Source of the DNA: Perkinsus olseni
Taxonomy: Eukaryota
Assembly (NCBI GenBank): GCA_013115125.1
Contig: JABANN010000065.1
Span: 1-64,000, forward strand
DNA: 64,000 nt
Reading direction: 5' to 3'
Shown one piece after another: positions 1 through 12,986 of the stretch (positions within the stretch are counted from its first letter, which is position 1; the number at the start of each line of letters is the position of its first letter). Under the pieces are notes generated by a model. The model was not told where the DNA came from and did not search any database. It saw nothing but the letters and a program-made list of their open reading frames with translations. A program made the translations under genes and the position numbers.

Positions 1-330
1 CCTGAGACCACGGTCGTCCCGAGCAATCTCCCTGAGACCACGGTCGTCCCGAGCAATCTCCCTGAGACCACGGTCGTCCCGAGCAATCTCCCTGAGACCA
101 CGGTCGTCCCGAGCAATCTCCCTGAGACCACGGTCGTCCCGAGCAATCTCCCTGAGACCACGGTCGTCCCGAGCAATCTCCCTGAGACCACGGCCGTCCC
201 GACCAATCTCCCTGAGACCACGGCCGTCCCGACCAATCTCCCTGAGACCACGGTCGTCCCGACCAACCTGCCTGAGACCACGGTTGTTCCGAGCAATCTG
301 CCTGAGACCACGGTTGTCCCGACTAACCTC
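1..330 (+). repeat. 30-bp coding tandem repeat, 11 units visible
   Basis: cctgagaccacggtcgtcccgagcaatctc is repeated; the first 6 units are identical and later ones diverge (PSNL/PTNL). Confidence 0.97.
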
Positions 331-612
331 CCTACTAACGAAGATCTGGCCGGTGACTGGTGCGGTGAGACTCCCCTTGGTCCTATCAAGGTGACACCGG
401 AGGTCTCTGGGGCGGTTAATCTCTTCGTTGCTGGTGAGACTTTCACCGCGGAATACTACCTGGATGGTTTTGAGATTGTGTTCACCAATCCGGATGAGGA
501 TTTGGCGACGTTGCTCCAACAGTTGGACTCTAGCTTGTATGCTATCTATACTGATGAAGGTGTCTACGTCGAGCTAGTTAATGTCTTCAGCACTACTATA
601 ACGAGATGTTAG
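1..612 (+). CDS. 3' part of a mucin-like Pro/Thr-rich repeat protein (PETTVVPSNL repeats followed by a ~90-aa globular C-terminal domain)
   Basis: Frame +1 is open from base 1 to TAG at 610-612 and contains ORF 391..612. The 5' end lies outside the window. Confidence 0.85.
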   Translation, partial: PETTVVPSNLPETTVVPSNLPETTVVPSNLPETTVVPSNLPETTVVPSNLPETTVVPSNLPETTAVPTNLPETTAVPTNLPETTVVPTNLPETTVVPSNLPETTVVPTNLPTNEDLAGDWCGETPLGPIKVTPEVSGAVNLFVAGETFTAEYYLDGFEIVFTNPDEDLATLLQQLDSSLYAIYTDEGVYVELVNVFSTTITRC

Positions 613-784
613 TTAGTATGATTCAGAAGTTGTTGATCGCATCTGTCTTGCTCCTTTCTTCTGTACTTACATCGGCTATTGGCTAGAACTGTTATTCTAA
701 ATTGATTTCAAATGAGACAGCTACGAGTATTGATCAAAGAATATGATAGTGGGTACAGGTGCTATCGCTATCTAACAACGACGG

Positions 785-1115
785 TGTTGAGTTAGAGTTA
801 CGAGGTTAATTGAGGGTATTGTTAGATGGAAGTCATAACGTCACGGTGTCAACCCTGGCCGGTTTTGGCACGCTACCAGATCGTCAGTGCTCGCTTGGCA
901 GGGAAAGACAAATGAAGAATGGTGGAGACTCTCCACCACTGGAGAGACACTTAGTTATGATATCCCACGTTATGCGTGTAGCGAGTCGTTCGCGTGGCAC
1001 GTGTTTGCACTCTCGTGCTATAGTTGTCGTACACGACTCAACAGAGCTTGGAAGTCATCCCATGCATACTAAATAAACACAATACTCAAGCAGCAGAATG
1101 AGACCATGATCAACA
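785..1115 (+). mobile_element. Possible solo LTR
   Basis: Begins TGTTGA and ends TCAACA (6-bp inverted termini). AATAAA at 1072-1077. Non-coding. Flanks ACGG/CCGG give only an imperfect TSD. Confidence 0.4.
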
Positions 1116-1249
1116 CCGGATTGATCATTCGAATTGCTCAATGTTGAACTCTTCGAGCTTGGCCAAGTATAACGTATCATCTGAGGGAAGAGCTATGAGG
1201 CCGACGAGCTGATTTTAATGCACGTGAATAACTGCAGCGAGCAGTGTCA

Positions 1250-3050
1250 CTTCATCACTGATCGATCATCAATGGCTCGGTCACATAGGCTGCGTAGAGC
1301 CGGAGAAAGACTACGCGACCCTGGTCGCAGAAGTGATTCTTCGCACAACCACGAGGAGGCGTTTCTGGCGCTGGTTTCCCAAGTGTTCACTCTGAGCCTT
1401 CGACTCGCCGATGTCTTTGGACTTCGCCTGATTGAATTCCGCCACAGTAGCATCCAACTGCCGCCGTAGAGTCGTGAGCGTCTCGGACATCATATCGGCG
1501 AACTCGTTTGCCATGTTATCCATCCTAACTCTCACCCATTAAGAATGCTATTGACGCTGGTTACCTTTCTCTAAGTTCGTCGATTGCAGCGTCCTTCACG
1601 GCGATCTCATCCTCGTTTTCTCGTACCATCTCTTGGCATTCATGTGTGCAGATATCCAACTCTTCTTTCTACACAACACCTCATTACGGTAGCCCCACTC
1701 ACTGCTGCTATGTGCTTCATGAAGTTGACCTCAACTGCGGTGCGCCGTCAGCTCAACATCCCCACTTGTTCGGTAAGGAAGGTCTCCAGCCTATTGATCT
1801 CGAAAATGAAACCTTCTTGGGACCCTTTGTATTCCCGGGCGACATCAGAGGTGATGGCGAAAGTGGCGTGCTGAGTCCTGAGAGGCTGAGGAGCTCCACA
1901 GATGCTCAACCCCATGCTACGCGTCGCTGAGAAAACAGTATGGATAATCTAGCATGGCCTCGTCAGCCCTACTCCTGATACCCCGGATTCTCGACAGGCG
2001 TGTGTGAACTTGAACGGCGGCGGCTGGTGATGCGGGGAGCTCACTCGAGGTGTTCCTTCTCCATCTCCTTCATTGCCAGTCGGTCCTCTCTCGTTCGTTT
2101 ACTTATCTCATCCGCTTCCACAGACTTGTTAAAGAGCTCCTAGGGATAACACCGTCCCCGACCCGCGAGGAGCTCGAAGCTCCACCTTCTCCATCGACTC
2201 ATACTCTCTCTGCAGGTATTCAAACAGGGCAGGTGGTGGTATTGGCACCTGTCAATCGAAACGGTCTTTCGGCTTCCGCCTTTCCAGGAACAATCAGTTG
2301 ACGTCGAAAGGGAGAAAAGTCCTCCGCTCGCAGACTCACAACTGCACCGAGTTGATAACCCCATACAACAATGGCCACTCGGATCAGACCAAAGAACGAC
2401 TACCCCTATCGGCGCATCAGCCTTCTTCTTGCCCTTCTTTCCCTTGCCACCTTTCTTTGGCATGTGGAACCGAAACCGAACCTCACCCAGGAACAAGCTC
2501 GGCTAGGGAAGGTATCGCGATCCAGAGACATCCACCATTATGGAGTCCCATATATTAACCATGACTCAACGACAAGCCGCCAAGTGGTGACAGGGAATGG
2601 TAGAATGGTACGAGGCTGGTGAGGGCTGCGGTGACGCTGCTATCGCCGACTCTGAGGAAGGGGTACACTTCACAATGGCCATCATGGAGATCACGTCGAT
2701 CGCGTCAGGTAGTGCTATCAATACCAATAGTGCTGTAGACGGGCCTACCGTCTTTCCCCTTTTAGCAGGTCGTGGAGACGGGCCGGAGCTGGGCCGGGAT
2801 GATTTCCCTCGCCCGCTTGTCTTCGTACCGCTTGAAGCAGCTCCAGCCGGGGCGTGTGTCACCCGACTTGAGCGGCGATACTGAGTTGAGAGTCATCCTC
2901 AGGGTGAGCTGAGTGGCAGTACCAATGCTTACCGTTGTCGTTGCCGGCTCCCTTTTCACCTGACTCCTTGTCACTGGCCCCTCTGTGTTCGGGTCTCGCG
3001 CCAGCGGGACAATCTAAGGCAATCGTCATCATACGGAGGATCCATAGGCA
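1250..3050 (-). pseudogene. Degenerate coding-like relic, possibly retroelement (gag-like) derived
   Basis: Interrupted minus-strand frames (coiled-coil MDNMANEFADMM..., basic KKGGKGKKGKKK, Cys/His patches) with stops and frameshifts and no clear intron signals. It lies next to the LTR-like element. Confidence 0.25.
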
Positions 3051-3134
3051 CGACACTCGAGACAAGACGATGCCACGGATGAGCGCGGAAGCGCTACGGT
3101 GGACGAGTGGTCGGATACGAGCCCGCGGAAGGCG

Positions 3135-3894
3135 TCAATTGTAGTATACGGCGAGGCGTGAAGAGCGAGATGCCGAGGCGCGAGTCACCACTACCTTATC
3201 CTTCGTGTCTATGTTTTGCGCAACGGTCCCGTCCACCTCCAATGAGAAAAGCTCATCCAGTATGCCACCTGACGCAGTCATCATGTTCCGAGGCATCCTA
3301 GTTTGCGTCCACCAAAGAATGGATAGACATCGATCGATGTATTCCACCACCACGCTACTGTTCGAGTCATGCTAATTCCAACGAGGGAGGCTGGCGTACG
3401 GATATGGACAATCGGAGGGCGTCACTGAGCGAATCACAGAGAATCATTCAGCGCTTCGAAAGTTTGCATCCTCGACGTTCACGAGTAGAACTATCAGCAC
3501 GCAAGGAGTATTGGCTCCACCAAAGCCGAGGAAGGCTACGCATGAGGACATTGCTCACTGAGCAGCAGCGACGGCCGTATGAAACAAGTGAAAACGACCT
3601 GACCAATCCCTTACGGCTGGGTTTAACGTCAGCCAATTCCAGCCAATGGCTGCGGACAGCTTTAATCACGTCCTCTTCCTTCATGTCCGATGACTCCAGG
3701 AGACCGAAGTAGGTCTGAGAATGATGTTCGGGATGGTCAACGGTGGACTCCAGCAAGACCTCGCTTATTACAGCGTATCCCATTATCCCCAAGAAGCCCG
3801 ATTCACATATCATATTCCTTATGAAATCGCAGCCATCCAGCGCGAACTTGGGTCCACTACTTCTGCTGCTGCTACTACTTTCCATTGACAGCAC
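3135..3894 (-). CDS. Hypothetical protein (spliced; 3' end uncertain)
   Basis: ORFs 3448..3894 and 3135..3353 read as protein-like exons. No recognisable domain. Confidence 0.4.
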
Positions 3895-3930
3895 GAGAGC
3901 AGAAACTGCGCAAGCTGTAATTTTTCCAGA

Positions 3931-3962
3931 ATAAACCAGCCGGGGATCGAACTCGCGACCTC
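3931..3962 (-). promoter_or_regulatory. Extended B-box upstream of the minus-strand gene at 3894
   Basis: + strand reads ATAaaccagccgGGGATCGAACTcgcGACCTC. No complete cloverleaf around it. Confidence 0.55.
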
Positions 3963-4064
3963 GGCATGACCAGATCTACCCCTAGAATGATCTTAACGCA
4001 ACGCCTTCTCAGCACAGCCAAATGAGATGGTTCCGATGATACAAATATAATCGTAAAGATACGC

Positions 4065-6631
4065 TCATTGCGGAGGCCCCTCCTGAGGAATGCTCGCTGT
4101 CTCCTCACCCCCTCCGCCACGCTGTTGTCGCTCCGCCTCCATCTCCATCACCACCACTGCTGCTACAGCCTCCGCGGCCCGCTGCTCATCGGTGAACACG
4201 TTATTCGGCCCGGCAGAGGAGAAGAATGGCGTTGACGACACATTGCTGCTCTCAACCGGCGGTATCACGAGAGAGCTTTCGCCGATGCTGTCCAATGGCT
4301 GCTGTTGCCCTGATGACGGGGCCTTACTAGCTTCAACCTGGAACAACCGGAGTTTCATAGCCCGACAACGACGAATCACCACTGAACTCACAGTTTCCTC
4401 TCGCTGCGTGTCTGGGCCGACGACGTTGTCAACGACCGTTGTAGCATCACGCTCAGAAGCGGTGGCGTTGCCGTCCTCAATCGCAGCGTGCGAATGATTG
4501 ATTCCTATGGATGCTTCATTGCTCGCCATGGCGTTCGATGCCACGACCAAATCCTGATGCCTGACGCAGTAGCCCTCATGATAGGATGCCCTCATACACC
4601 CTCCTGCTCGGCACATGTCATGTCGACGGCATCTGAAGAAATACGAAGTAGAGCGGCCAAGGGGAACGCGCAGTTGCTTATTACTTTCCAGTGCCAGAGG
4701 TGGATGGAACTTGTTTGTTGCAGCCTTCCACTGAGCACACTCGCCGCTCCACACTGCCATCGGAGCTTCGACGCGGCGGCCTTGACGGCGCAGAGAGACA
4801 CAGGACCTACGATGTCTTATGCAAAGAAACGGATATCGACCGCGGTCTGGTAGTACCTCCCCTTGCATGCTCTCCATATGGTGTTTAGCGCACATGCCAG
4901 CAGAATCATCACTCAGCATTCTGGCCTTCATACATCCCTTAACGATGCACCGACGGCTATACTCCGGCCCGAGGTGCATTCGACACTTGTCCGGCAAAGT
5001 GGTGTCTCCACTTACACGACGATTCGCCACTGGTTGGATGCAACCCGGCACCGAGCATTGAGACCGACCGCCACCGTGGGCCACACAGAGTCCGTATTCG
5101 CGAGCCGGTCGTTGGCACATAAGATGGGAGCATCTCTGGACGAGCGTGGTGACACCATCCCAATGGATGGGACACACCCGCTGGCCACCCGGGCCGCTTG
5201 GAAGAGCCAGGTTGCTGCACCCGGGTGTGGAGCATGTCGCTGGCTCCGGTTGACCACCGTGAGCACGGCAGAGGCCTGTATTCCCCACAGGACGACGCCG
5301 ACAAGAAGACGAGCCGTGGCACTGAGGGACGGTGCCATGGGTGCCACAGTAGATACCTGAGGAAGGACCCGCGGTGAAGGACCACACTAGTCAACAGAAG
5401 CCCTACTTGGCTTCTTAGCGAGCTTGAAGCAGTTTAAGTCTTGGCACATGCCAACTGCAGTATACCCTCCATGGTCGTGGCATCGGCCGCCAGCAACCAC
5501 TAGACATCGCCGACCACACCCAGGGACATCACAGGCCTGAGAGATGACAAAGGGGCGGATGATGATAGGGTCCTGGGGTGATCGCTCCTACTGTATACGA
5601 GCTGGGCATCGCACCGTGAGCATGGCATAGGGGAGTTGGGTGTCGGCAAGGCTGGCCACAGCCAGGATGCCTGCATTTCGCCCCTCCACCGTGACGAAGG
5701 CAGAAATTGCCGCCGTGGCGGACTGACGTACAGCCTTCGACCTGATCTCCGAATGGTGCGGTATGGAGTTGGTTACCGTAAGGGACTACCTTGCAAGGGA
5801 GAGGTTTCTTTTTCTTCTTCAACTGGTTGGCGCCGTGCTTGAGACAGATGCCTCTCGCCTGTGCCACGTTTGTACATCCTTCGACGAGGCACAACTAACG
5901 AAGGGCGAATTGATGGGCACGTGCCACTCCATCCCGTCTTACCGATGCTGATGGTCTCTTTTTCCGGTGGCGTGCGGCCTCTTCGACTGGCTGACCGTAT
6001 CTACTCAAATTCGTCAGTCAATCCCATGACCGATACCGGACCCACCTCGGTGGTGTAGGCTCGCCGCCATGAGCTGTGCATCGTCCACTGTCCGGCCATG
6101 GTTTCTTATTGCATCCTCTCACAGCACAGACATAGCCGTCACCACCATCAACGTCGGCCTCAGGGGTCGAGGGCGCCACTGGTATCCCTTCAGGCGTGGA
6201 GGGAGGCCCCGCAGAGAAGCCGTGGGCGCCCGACACTGACAGGGGCGGCACCACACTGTCGCGCAGTAACTGAGAGCATCCCGCGTCCGACCCAGGCCAA
6301 GCTGTCGGGGAGACGACCAACCTCGGCAGCGACAATCCCAACGACTCCTGCATCGTCATCAGGATGGTCTTGCACGTGCCCCGATGTGCCTAGAAGCCAA
6401 CCGTCTCACAAAAGCGAACAATGCTACTTCGCAGAAGCATTCTGCTCAGTTCCTAGCGGAGCGATGCACCCGACGGAGAAGGTCACGACGATACGGTCGG
6501 TCAAGGGCCAATTTTGTGCTGGCCCTAGCGGTCGCGCTCACGTGCAACGCGAGGGAGAACGATGCCAAGGATGCCGATAACGCCACTGGACTTACCGATG
6601 ACATTTCCTTGATTTCCGGACGAAACCGCAT
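4065..6631 (-). CDS. WRKY19-like zinc-finger repeat protein (C-x4-C-x8/10-C-x2-H-G repeats), multi-exon
   Basis: Repeated CAVRGCNKK..CTAHGG, CLVEGCTNVAQARGICLKHG, CRHPGCGQ..CHAHG and CSHLMCQRPAREYGLCVAHGGG in ORFs 6018..6359, 5529..5894 and 4065..5387. Start is approximate. Confidence 0.8.
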
Positions 6632-7247
6632 TTAGTGCTTCCGCCAGCACCGCTTCGTTTATAGTTGGCGGAGCGGTGACGGTCGGATACATCTTTTCCC
6701 TACGGCCAACACAAATCGATTGCCCTGGCGCGCGCACTCTGCATCACGTGCTGACCGAACGACAGTTTCTCCGCGTGCAGCATAGGTGAGATCCTAGTGA
6801 TTTGAACTTGGGGCGATAAACATTTCTAGGAGCAGTTTAGGAGGAGCAGAAAATGGTGCGGCAGGAGCTTCTTACCTACTCGATCCAGTGAGGGCGACGA
6901 GCCGCAGGCTACGAGCGAGAAGAAGTTGTCGAAAGGTAGTAATGGAATGGGTTTCCGACCGACACCTCGGGAAAACAGTGCAGCTAAGACGACATCGTTA
7001 TCAGTTGATCGGGATGCACCAGGCTTATACTTGTGTGCGTTCTGTTGCATTACCCGTCACATGCATGGCAACAGAATTCTACGATTTCCATGTGAACTAC
7101 CGAGCTCAGTTTCTACAATATTTTTCGATAAGTCTCGTCTAGTTTCACTCACAACAACAACTCAACGCAATCACTATGACTAGTGAGAGACTTCCACTCT
7201 ACTAGGAATCATTACTTCCAAATAAAAATGAAAATCAAAAATATCTT

Positions 7248-7655
7248 CTAACAATAATAGGGCTCTCCTTCGCAATCCTCATCAGTGGGAGCAAAGCAAA
7301 GGGTATCATCAGACTTCTTGATGATCCCGGAGCACACGTGAGGATCCTGCCAGGTCTTGCAGTACGAACCCCACTTAGAGTCACGACACTGGGGCATATC
7401 ATTGCAGACATCTTGGCAAGTAGGCTGAGGCTCAGGACAGGCGACAGGCTCGAGGACATAATCGTCACAATCATCTTGCTCGGTCGGCTGGAAGCAATAA
7501 CCATCATCCTTGTGGTAGAGGCCGAAGCATAGACCGTTACCCTTGCAGTAGGAACCATACTTGGAGTCGGCGCAGGGCGAGTGAGCGTCGCAGATATCCT
7601 GGCAGTACTCAGCAACGACCATGGAAAGAGCGGAGACGGCGAAGGCGAACTTCAT
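7248..7655 (-). CDS. Small secreted cysteine-rich protein with two tandem 6-Cys domains (intronless)
   Basis: Signal peptide MKFAFAVSALSMVVA, then two copies of CQD(I/V)C...C.DSK(Y/W)GSYCK...C.G...CF.PT...C. Confidence 0.9.
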   Translation of the reverse strand: MKFAFAVSALSMVVAEYCQDICDAHSPCADSKYGSYCKGNGLCFGLYHKDDGYCFQPTEQDDCDDYVLEPVACPEPQPTCQDVCNDMPQCRDSKWGSYCKTWQDPHVCSGIIKKSDDTLCFAPTDEDCEGEPYYC

Positions 7656-8713
7656 GATGCAAAAATCAGAGTCAACTGCAGATTGAAAGTAACTTAGTGC
7701 GTGTAGGCCTCGTACACAAATTAGAGTAATGCATGAGACGACAGTTTCTCTGTCCCATCACGAGATTGAACGACTTTGCTGAAGCACCACACTGCAGCAC
7801 TCGCGTTAGCACGCTGGCGTTGTGCGCCCACGGCAACTTCCCCAAAGACTTGGGGCTTCGGGATTGAGAACTCAACACTGCATGGGTTCCATTGAACTTT
7901 CACGAGTATACCCAAGCAAACCGGAGGGTCCTACCAGAACTTTCAAGACAAGGCGGTAGCCGGGTTGCGGCAGCTCGCTGAAGCCGCATGCACCTCATCA
8001 CAACACCATCCAGTGGTGGAAGTTGGAGGCATGCCAACGCACTTGATAGGAGGTCAACGTCGTTTTAGCGTCATCGCCATTCACGTCGCCGCGTTGTTAC
8101 TAGGCACAGGCGTTGTTGCAACGCAAACCATTCTCCTCACAATCGTCGCCACCGCAGTCCTGGTAGCCGGGCAGAAGTTATTCCGTCAATCCGTAGCCGC
8201 ACTGATGGCTAAAGAGCATATACGAGCACCTGCCAAGCTTTTGGTAGAGGGTTAATCACAAAACACTCACGAGATGAGCTCGAGGTTGCGGCCTGCAGCA
8301 TCAGGCGAGCGGTGAATATCCGTAGCCCGTTTCAGTTGCGGAAACCGCTGTGTTGCCGACGGTTTCAGGCGCGTAGTATTTTACGTAGACACCAAAAACA
8401 GTTTTATTCCTGCTGAGTGGAGGTGACCTTCGTGCCCTCGTGGACACAAATCTCTGCTCCGACCTTACGATTGCGCTGGACTCAGCTTCCTCGCTCTCAG
8501 TAAAACAACCGGCCTCCCTTCGGGTTGTCTTTCTTTAGCTCAGACTAGACATTGACTGTGCGTTGCACATGCGCGGTGTGCATTTCCTCCACGAGGCCTC
8601 GCCTCTGTGTGCCATCAGTGTGTCCGAAGGTGTCGCTCTGGTGGCCCCCTCTTCTGTGCTTCTAGTATGTTGCGTTATCCAGTAGACTCAGCAGAGTCCA
8701 ACCTCACTGGCCG

Positions 8714-10751
8714 TTGGGATTCCACTCTCCTCCCCACTATGTTCGCCTCGTCTTGCGTATCGAAGAAGGACATCGGGGCCCGGCAGCTGAACGAGAAAAC
8801 GGAGGGAAAATTGGTACTAACAGGGGCAGTACTACCAGTAGTGATCGCGGGCTCGCTGCTCCTCGGCTGGAACGTCGGCTCGCGATTCAACCCAACGAAA
8901 TCAAGAATACTGCTGATCTTATTGTCGAATCAGCAGTTAGCGGAAATGTGGTATGGGAGTTGCGTCAGATTGAGGATATGCTGCCGAGGAGCTTTTTCTC
9001 TGTGAAAGGTCGTTGTCAGCAGCGGCCGTGCGCACTCGCGGAGGCTCGTACCAGCCATGGTGTTGATGGCATGATGATGTCGATTCCTTGTCAGGTTGAG
9101 CGACTAAAGCGAACAATGTGGGATCTGTGCAAGTGGGGGAGGGAGACCTTTCCAGGATCGCAGCCGATTAGTTTTGGCCGTCGCAATCTGCGAGATGTCA
9201 GTACGTACTAATACGATCCGCGATGAGAACCATCCGTCGTTTTCCTCACGGTCACTGTTGACTCCACTACCGTGTGTACTCCCTTCCTCCGCTCAGCGCA
9301 ACGGCCCTATGTTATTGGTGAGAAGTCCGATGGTGAGCGGCATATGCTCATCACTGACAACGAGTCACGAGGAGTTTACTTAGTCGATAGACGCTTCAAC
9401 TTCTACCGAATTGAACTGTAATATTCGACGGAAAACCGCGGCCGGAGAACACCCCGTCAAAGCAGACACTTGCCTAATAAGAACCACACTGGCTTGGTCG
9501 ACACCACTCTGCTCGATGGGGAGGTCGTGGAGGATGGTCATGACACCGATCAGAAGACCGTCCGGTAAGGCCCCGTGCTATTGAGTTTCCTCGGGACTGA
9601 TGATCGGTCAGGTTCTTGGTATATGATGCTGTAGCTGTGGACGGCCAGTGTGTCCGAGACTTCAACCTTATGCGACGGTTGCAGGCGGTGAGAACACGCT
9701 CGGCTGCCATGGTTCATCTACTGTCGCTTAGTTTCTGGAAGGAGTACTCATGCCGAGACGGCAGCTCCCACCTGAGAAAGGAGCTCACGATGCATTCCAG
9801 GTTTATCTAAAAGATTTCTTCGAGGTTAGACTGGCCGCTGAGGTCCGTGTGAAAGCCACACAGGTTGTGAACAGGTTACTGACTGTGACACGGTGATGAA
9901 CTTCGGCGAACGACTGCCTCACGAGTGCGATGGTCTCATATTCACACCGGTCATGCCACCGTACATTGCCGGTAATAGCGTCGCTCGGGTGGCCCACGAC
10001 GTGCTCGACCTCAGGGACCTGCCGCCAGTTGTTGAAGTGGAAGCCAGCTCATATGAATACTGCCGATTTCGCAGTGGAATTGGTGATGGGGAATACTATG
10101 CAGGAATTCCATGTCAAGCTGTTGGCAGCCAGCGAGGGTGTATGCATTTTCGACGGAATATCTAACACACCGGTGGGATGGTCAGGTGCAAGTGTTCCAA
10201 GGAATCTGGTTGTCTCGCAGTGGTCCACATTGGCAGTGGCTAACGGAGAATACTCGGCAAGTCAATGGTGCCATCATTGAGTGCAACTGGGACCCCAACA
10301 CTTACACCTTCGTAAGCTTGGTGGTAACAGGTTGGTGACACATCATGAGATGATCAGGTCCCCTCCGACCCTATCCACTACGTTGAGACCGGTGATTGGG
10401 TGCCGGGCGGATGGCAATTCCAAAGGGTAAGATTGTTATTCTTATTCATTCCAAAGTTGTTCATAAGTGAGTCGGGTAGATACGAACTGACAGAACATCA
10501 CCGAATGACGAGAGGGTGGTCGGTCGAGTGAAAAAGTCCATTGCGGATTCTGTGACCTTCGAGGAGCTCAGCGAGTACATTCACAAAAATGCCCGGCCTC
10601 AGAAAGTAGGCTCCGTGAGATCAGTTTTCCGAGCTCCCGTTTACCTCATTGCGAGTAGGTCGCTGAGATGTGCAAGATGCCAGGCTGGTGGGGTAAGAGC
10701 AGCGGCGGCGGTGACGATGATGACGATTCGAAACGGCGGAAGAAGGAATGA
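8714..10751 (+). CDS. mRNA-capping enzyme, guanylyltransferase (multi-exon; 5' end uncertain)
   Basis: Spliced motifs FPGSQPISF, EKSDGERH (motif I KxDG), TLLDGEVV (III), LVYDAV (IIIa), ECDGLIFTP (IV), LLKWKP (V), RTDRTSPN (VI). Stop TGA at 10749-10751. Confidence 0.93.
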
Positions 10752-10959
10752 TACGTCTGACCTTGCTTTGTGTTTCGGTGAATGATTTGGGCTGGCAAAC
10801 AGGAGGACTACCACTTTTTACTGCTTTTTACTACTTTTTACTACTTCACTACGCCGTTACTTTCTATTACTTTACTACGTTGCTAAATTTAACGTACAAT
10901 TGCTTCCTCGCAGTGGATTTCGGACTCCGAAATCGCCCCGAAATTCGGAGGGATGCCCT

Positions 10960-12888
10960 TTAGCGATGATATGTCATTGCCCACCGTGCTGCAAGCGACC
11001 CGGTTCACGCCGGAGGACAGTGCCCCCCGCAGGTGATGTCATGCGTGTCCATGGTGGTCAGCCAGCTACCTCGGCATCCCTTCAATCTTCACACAAGAAG
11101 CATCGATTAGTACAAGCACAGCCACATGAACATCAACATACTTGATCACTGGCCCCGATCATCCTCGCCAGGGATCTGTTCTATGAACAACATCAAAATG
11201 CCAACAAAAACCAGAAACGAAACCCGAACAACATCAAACAATGATCGTATTTTCTTCGTCGCTGCCGCCTTTCTTCTTGCCAACATTTTCGGAGGCGGTA
11301 ACATACGCGTGAATGACAGCCGGGACACTCTCGTCTCCTCCATGGGTGGTGGCACTCTCGGGAAGATATTTGGCAACACTTTCGATATGCTTCAAGACCA
11401 GGGCGACATAGCGTAGATATCTTCGGCATCTCGAAGGGGCCTTATTGCCACCGTCTAGCGAACGGTTTATTTCATCGGTGGCCGTCCCCTCGTTGCGCAG
11501 ATTAAGAACGAGCAGCGGGCGTTGATGGGCGGCCGGACTCCCCCAAATCACCGAGTTGAGTCTCTCGATCTTGTCGCTGTTGGCGCGTGTGGAAGTCCTA
11601 AGACAATCACCTCGTGCCAATGTAACACGATGGCTGCCCCCCCCGTGTATTACCCCTGTTCGTCAGTGGCGATGAAGCTGCTGATCTCGAATCTTCCCTT
11701 CTGTCCACTCCAAGCTGCCTCCACAGCGACTCCCGATTGAGAGCCATCATCAGGCGTAAAAGATTCGGAAATCTTGCAGACGGGGTCCTGAAGATGTGAA
11801 CCTGCTTCAGGGTTTCCAGACGTCATTTTCACCTCAGATTCTTTCTTTTCCGTGAATTGTCTGACGAAGTCCCTGTGCAGTAGTAGACTCCCGATGGCCC
11901 ACGGCACAAGGCAACCCTTATTCTTAATACCATTCTCTTGCGAGAAATCCGCCGCGTAGAACTGATTCTTCCGGGCTATGATGTATCCTATAGCATCCAA
12001 TTCATTTTCACAGCTGATCGGCCCCACTTTGCTCGAGGGCAGCCCCTGGTCGGTCGCCACACGAGGGCTCGTCGACCCCAAGCGCAGTACCTGGGCGGGG
12101 TAGGGCCCCACGCCAAGCTCAGGAAGGACGTCTCCGAGCAAGTCCTCGTGGGAGAGAGTCTCCACTCCCGCCCTGAGAGGAAGGCGTCCTATTCATAGTT
12201 GAAGGCCGCTACACACAAAGCTGACTAACGACATCACCGATGGCGATGTACGACCGACATCAGGATGTAGATGATTCTAGCAGAGACGCTGAGGGTCACT
12301 GAGACGCTGACTTATGGATACTAGTGCTACTAATCTCAGCCACTGAGAATTGATGATAGTGAATTATGTCGTGAATTACCTGTTAGGAGTCCGAGAATTG
12401 GCCACGAAAGTGAAACGAAACGGAGAATCTGGATCACTGGTATTCACTTTTCTGCCGCTGATAACCGATGAGTAGCCTCCTGGGGGATGATCCTTAGAGA
12501 AGCTGCATGAACACGGCTCGGTGTCAAATCCCGCGATAACTCCATCCACATTGTTATTGGGTGTTAGCGTTGATGGTGGTAGCCCGTCCCCCTCGTCGTC
12601 GAGAGCCGTGCCGTCTGCTGCTGCTGCTGCTGCTGGCGGTTCATCATCCAAATCCATTCTGTTCATTGCTACTAGCTGGACCTGTTTCCCAAATGAGTCT
12701 GGCAGGTGGGCCGATTTAACTTTACGGTCGTTCAGCTTCTTTTTCCTCCGCATGAAAGCGGCCATGGCGGAGGGCAGCAGCAGATCCATCATCAATAGCA
12801 CCAACGCGACCATTACGACACTGTGAGATCTGCGGGGAGAGCTGAGACGAGACATAGCTGGTCTAATGCCTGTATCATGGAGCTCCAT
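10960..12888 (-). CDS. Hypothetical protein with N-terminal hydrophobic/signal segment and probable C-terminal TM (spliced)
   Basis: Collinear minus ORFs 12376..12888 (VVMVALVLLMMDLLL), 11650..12165 and 11146..11379 (VSFLVFVGILMLFI). Joins not verified. Confidence 0.5.
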
Positions 12889-12986
12889 AGGAAGACGTCA
12901 CCCGATGGTGTTGAACGCAAGTCGTCGGCAGTCATTGGAATGATAATAATGTTACACTTCCCGATGCCTCCAGAGTGCATGAGCAG

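Noticed and set aside
1-330. CRISPR-like array
   Set aside because: Head-to-tail repeats with no spacers, in frame with a protein, in a eukaryotic context.
3935-4020. tRNA gene suggested by the T-loop sequence
   Set aside because: No acceptor stem, D-arm or anticodon arm can be folded. Treated as an isolated B-box, as are the other copies.
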